A stretch of DNA of 63,896 bases, the filler included, from Rhabdomonas costata (lineage: Eukaryota): assembly GCA_019059605.1 (NCBI GenBank). It is 53 parts of 53 records of this genome, joined end to end, with 100 filler letters (N's around TTAATTAATTAA, not from the genome) between each part and the next. Parts side by side here need not be neighbours in the genome. Positions count along the whole stretch, not along the records: positions 60,373 to 61,479 come from JAHMHO010028267.1; positions 61,580 to 62,686 come from JAHMHO010028268.1; positions 62,787 to 63,896 come from JAHMHO010028269.1; 50 more parts are not named here. One strand, written 5' to 3'. Below are positions 60,382 through 63,896 of this stretch, piece by piece. The position numbers and the translations under genes are program-made. The stretch's first letter is position 1; the number at the start of each line of letters is the position of its first letter. The notes under the pieces were generated by a model, which saw only the letters and a list, made by a program, of their open reading frames with translations, ran no database searches and was not told where the DNA came from.

Positions 60382-61479
60382 TTGGAAGGGGTCATCCAGG
60401 CGAAGGTGGTGGCGAAGAATCCGAGGAGCCTGAACGAGGCCATGGAAAAGGCCTGGGAGTATTTCAGCAAGCCGAGACCACCTCCACAGGTAATTGTTGC
60501 TGTACCAGATGGTGCAGTTCAGAGAAGCATAGCGACTGGTGGCAGGGCAATGAATTTAGACGCCATACGATACGGGTACACCATGTTTTCGTGGAGTACG
60601 GCATTCCTGACGTCGGGAGAGAGGAGTGCAGCCTGTGCCACATCAACACCTTTAAAAGGGTTGTCAGATGTGAGCATGGTGCGGAGGAATTCAAATGTTT
60701 TTGAGATGTCGGCGTCTCCGACACTAGCCGCAACAGTGCCAGCTAGTTCAGTGATGTTTTCCACCCCACCACTTCATCAGTTCAACGTGGCGCGCACCAC
60801 ATCTCCAGTAAGAAGGCCGATTCAAGCCAGAGGAATGTCGGTGTTTCGAGGTCGTGGTTACATGGGAAGAGGACGATGTTATTACCGATCACCTTCACCA
60901 TCCCTAAGTGGAAGGACCAGAATTCCCTCGTTCCCAAGGAGAGAAGATTCCACGACTCGACCGTCAAGCCCAACTTCACAGGGGACTAAGAGTAGTCATC
61001 CGTTGCCATTTGCAAGGTCACGTTGGTCCCCTCCAGAGTCTGTTTGTATTGCGGAAGTTCAATCATTTTTACAGAAACTTAGAGTTGTCTGAGGCAGACG
61101 TGGTCCAGATCAGTGTGCCTAAGTGGCCTGGAGAGAATCAAAAGAGTGTGGATCAGTCAAACTAGTGGGGGCAGGAGACAGGGCCACTCCAGCACCACCC
61201 AAGAGGCCCGCTTCACCCACAGTGATGACACCAAGTGTTTCAAACACCGTTCCGCTAAGAGTCTTGAAGAGAGCCAGTGAACAGCTTGAGTCGAGCTCTT
61301 CAGTAAAAGCCCTGAAATCCCATCTCGATCAGAGTGACGCCAGAGACATCTGCAGAGGGAGCCAAAGGTGTTTCGTACTTGCGCTCAGAGGAAAAGCCAA
61401 ATGTCATTCTGGCCGAGGAAGATAAGAGGTTGATTAAGGGTGCAGAAGTTCGAGTCAGAGTCCCTTCGACAGAAAGCGC
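60382..61479 (+). mobile_element. Gag-like fragment of an LTR retrotransposon
   Basis: IQAKVVAKNPRSLNEAMEKAWEY (capsid C-terminal helix pattern) and AMNLDAI (PMDLD-like motif), then S/P/R-rich linker; intronless. Confidence 0.6.
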
Positions 61480-61588
61480 NNNNNNNNNNNNNNNNNNNNN
61501 NNNNNNNNNNNNNNNNNNNNNNNTTAATTAATTAANNNNNNNNNNNNNNNNNNNNNNNNNNNNNNNNNNNNNNNNNNNNTGTGTTGGG

Positions 61589-61640
61589 TGTGCGTGTGCG
61601 TGTGCGTGTGCGTGTGCGTGTGCGTGTGTATGTGTGTGTG
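61589..61640. repeat. (GTGCGT)n / (GT)n microsatellite
   Basis: Direct reading. Confidence 0.9.
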
Positions 61641-62894
61641 TTGGGAGCAAAGATTATTCATGACGGCTGTGATCTGATGGCGCACGCGTTGTTGTCCACG
61701 GAGGGGGGTTACCTTCGGAGCAATCGGTGCCATGGGGTACCGGCTCACCGCCGAGCGGTTCAGATGCGGTCAGTTCCCTTCGGCCCCACAGTTGCGCGTG
61801 TGCATGGGAGGCACACGAAGTAGCAGGCATAAAAAGGCAACGGCAACTTTTCACCTCGCTGTGTGACACCTTGTTCTTTAATTGTAGCGGCTGCCAATTT
61901 TGCTTTTTAAGTGATGCTGAGCAGCGTAACAGCATCTTCGGATGACCCATAAGACCTTTCAAGTCGAAGCAAATGAAGCCGAACGGGAAACCACGGAGGA
62001 TCATCACAAAGTCATCGAGGACTGCTGAAATGGGGTAGGTTTGCACGGGGGCCGTTGAAGACCCCTGAATGAGCGAAAGTGTGATCTCCCAAACCTCCGA
62101 TTCTTTCACCTTCCTCCTTTTTTCTCCATTTGGTTGTGCACAAGACGTTGCCCCAAGGAATTCGAATTTGTGAATTTCGCTGACACTACCCACGGGCGCC
62201 CGGTAAAATGCGCATGACTTCAAAAAGCAAAGGGAACAACCAGGCTTGGAATTCGAGAAATAAATACACAACGTTACGCCCCCATAAGCACACGACATTC
62301 GACGACCTACCCCCTGTTACCCCCACCCATGCGTAGCGATCGAAACGCAAAACTGAGTAGCGATCGTTACTCACCGAAAAAAGTGAAAGCTGCGATCGCT
62401 GCACATCAAGGCACCTAGGATCAACGGCCGAGAAGCGAAGCGCCGCGGCCTAAGACATCCTTTTCATCAATTGTGGTCCCAGGGGACACGCGCATTGACT
62501 CTAACCCCCTGCTAAGTCTTGCATTGGTGTTCCAGGAGACGCTGCTTCGAAAAAGGGAATAAAGGAGGGACGGCCGTCTATTGAACGTTAGTTAACGACC
62601 CCCCCCTCCGCATCAGCCTGTAGGCTTGATGCAATTCTCGAACAGGGAGCGATACGCATGTTTTGTGCACGCAGACTACATCGACGNNNNNNNNNNNNNN
62701 NNNNNNNNNNNNNNNNNNNNNNNNNNNNNNTTAATTAATTAANNNNNNNNNNNNNNNNNNNNNNNNNNNNNNNNNNNNNNNNNNNNTGTGGGGGGTATGA
62801 AAAACCAGGTTTTTTTTACAGCCCTGACCCCCACCAACAACAGCCTTTCGAATCTTCGCGTATTTCCCTCTCAGTTCTAACGCCACACACACAC

Positions 62895-62990
62895 AACACA
62901 AACACAAACACAAACACAAACACAAACACAAACACAAACACAAACACAAACACAAACACAAACACAAACACAAACACAAACACAAACACA
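62895..62990. repeat. (CAAACA)n microsatellite
   Basis: About 15 hexamer units. Confidence 0.95.
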
Positions 62991-63195
62991 CTCACTCACA
63001 CACATTATCTGCATTTTATCATATGACCGCTGTGCACGGATGTTGAGATGGTGGTTTTATGGTATGTCATGTGTGTGTCTTCCTTTTGCCTTCTTCTTCT
63101 TCTTCTTTGCGTTTTCGTTGTGTTTCTTTTCTTCTTCTTCTTCTTCTTCTTTTTGCCTTTTTCGCCGCAGTCACCAATCTCATGTATTTGTGCAG

Positions 63196-63823
63196 AGACC
63201 AGCTTGAACGTGCTGGGCAAGCGGGGGGCCATTCCCACCCTTCTGACGGTGGTGCAGAAGTACACCTCTGCGGGGAGGCCCCTCGCCGTGGCCCCTGTAC
63301 TGAAGTTTGCCCTGAAGAACCTGCACAACCTCTGCCGCATCCGTATCTCTGCTGCTTCCCGCGAGAAATTCATGAGATTTGATGGTGGAAAATTGCCGAG
63401 TTATTTATACAAAAGTACCGACACGGATACAATGGGCGTCCGTATGGAATCAGATTTAAGCTGTCACCCGCACATCGGTATGTGGAACCAACATGTTGTT
63501 CACATGGTTTGCAAATTGAGACATTTACTTTTGGAATTCGGGCACCCCCCCCCAGCATTCCTTTACCCCTATTAGAAATTAGATTTTCTGCGTGTCGTAT
63601 TTGGGGACGTTTTCTTTTGGGTCTTTTGATTTTGACCAAGGCGTCCTGGTGTTGTCCCTGAGGGGCCCCAAAATCCCGGCGGTGATTCCATCCTGCTGCA
63701 TACTGTGTTCGAAGTGTCGTTCTTTTTGCTTTCCCTGCAGCAAAGTATGTCGCCGCCGCCATCCGGGAGGCTGGGGTGCCCACCATGGTGCAGCTGCTGC
63801 GCACCCACAAGGAGACGATTGAG
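63196..63823 (+). CDS. Armadillo-repeat protein, exons 63196-63342 and 63741-63823
   Basis: LGKRGAIPTLLTVV...ALKNLHNLCRI-P-KYVAAAIREAGVPTMVQLLRTH; phase-1 GT-AG intron joins correctly. Confidence 0.75.
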
Positions 63824-63896
63824 GTGCAGAAGCTCGCCCTGGATGTTCTGAAGGTTCTTTCCGAAACACCGTCACTATCTCACCCACCTACTCACG

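Noticed and set aside
62731-63373. ORFs such as MCLCLCLC... and poly-K/R or poly-F ORFs
   Set aside because: Translations of (CAAACA)n and (TTC)n microsatellites.

Overview
This window is not one locus. It is about 53 unrelated short contigs (about 1.1 kb each) joined by an artificial 100-nt spacer (N44-TTAATTAATTAA-N44), so adjacency across spacers means nothing. Many contigs start with G/T-only bases and end with A/C-only bases, and about ten carry terminal fold-back inversions; both point to whole-genome-amplified, probably single-cell, DNA. Most contigs are eukaryotic nuclear DNA: GC-rich exons split by GT-AG introns, microsatellites, and decayed Ty3/Gypsy and CRE-clade retrotransposons. 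Receptor-type adenylate cyclase/HAMP exons and CRE elements suggest a euglenozoan, probably euglenid, host (inference). Recognisable exons include exportin-1, an RluA-type pseudouridine synthase, acyl-protein thioesterase, an ARL16-like GTPase, and MIB/HERC2, W2, DBC1, F-box/LRR, ARM and fucosyltransferase-like domains. The main outliers are: (1) an AT-rich intronless contig encoding a macro-like + double RING protein followed by a hairpin and the Mimiviridae early-promoter motif AAAATTGA; (2) a second AT-rich contig encoding a virion fibre-like repeat protein; (3) a bacterial BtuF-like cobalamin/siderophore-binding gene with apparent eukaryotic splice signals; (4) a dispersed element built from a 54-bp minisatellite with a conserved GTTAGAC-rich terminus. 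All family assignments are by eye; no database searches were run.
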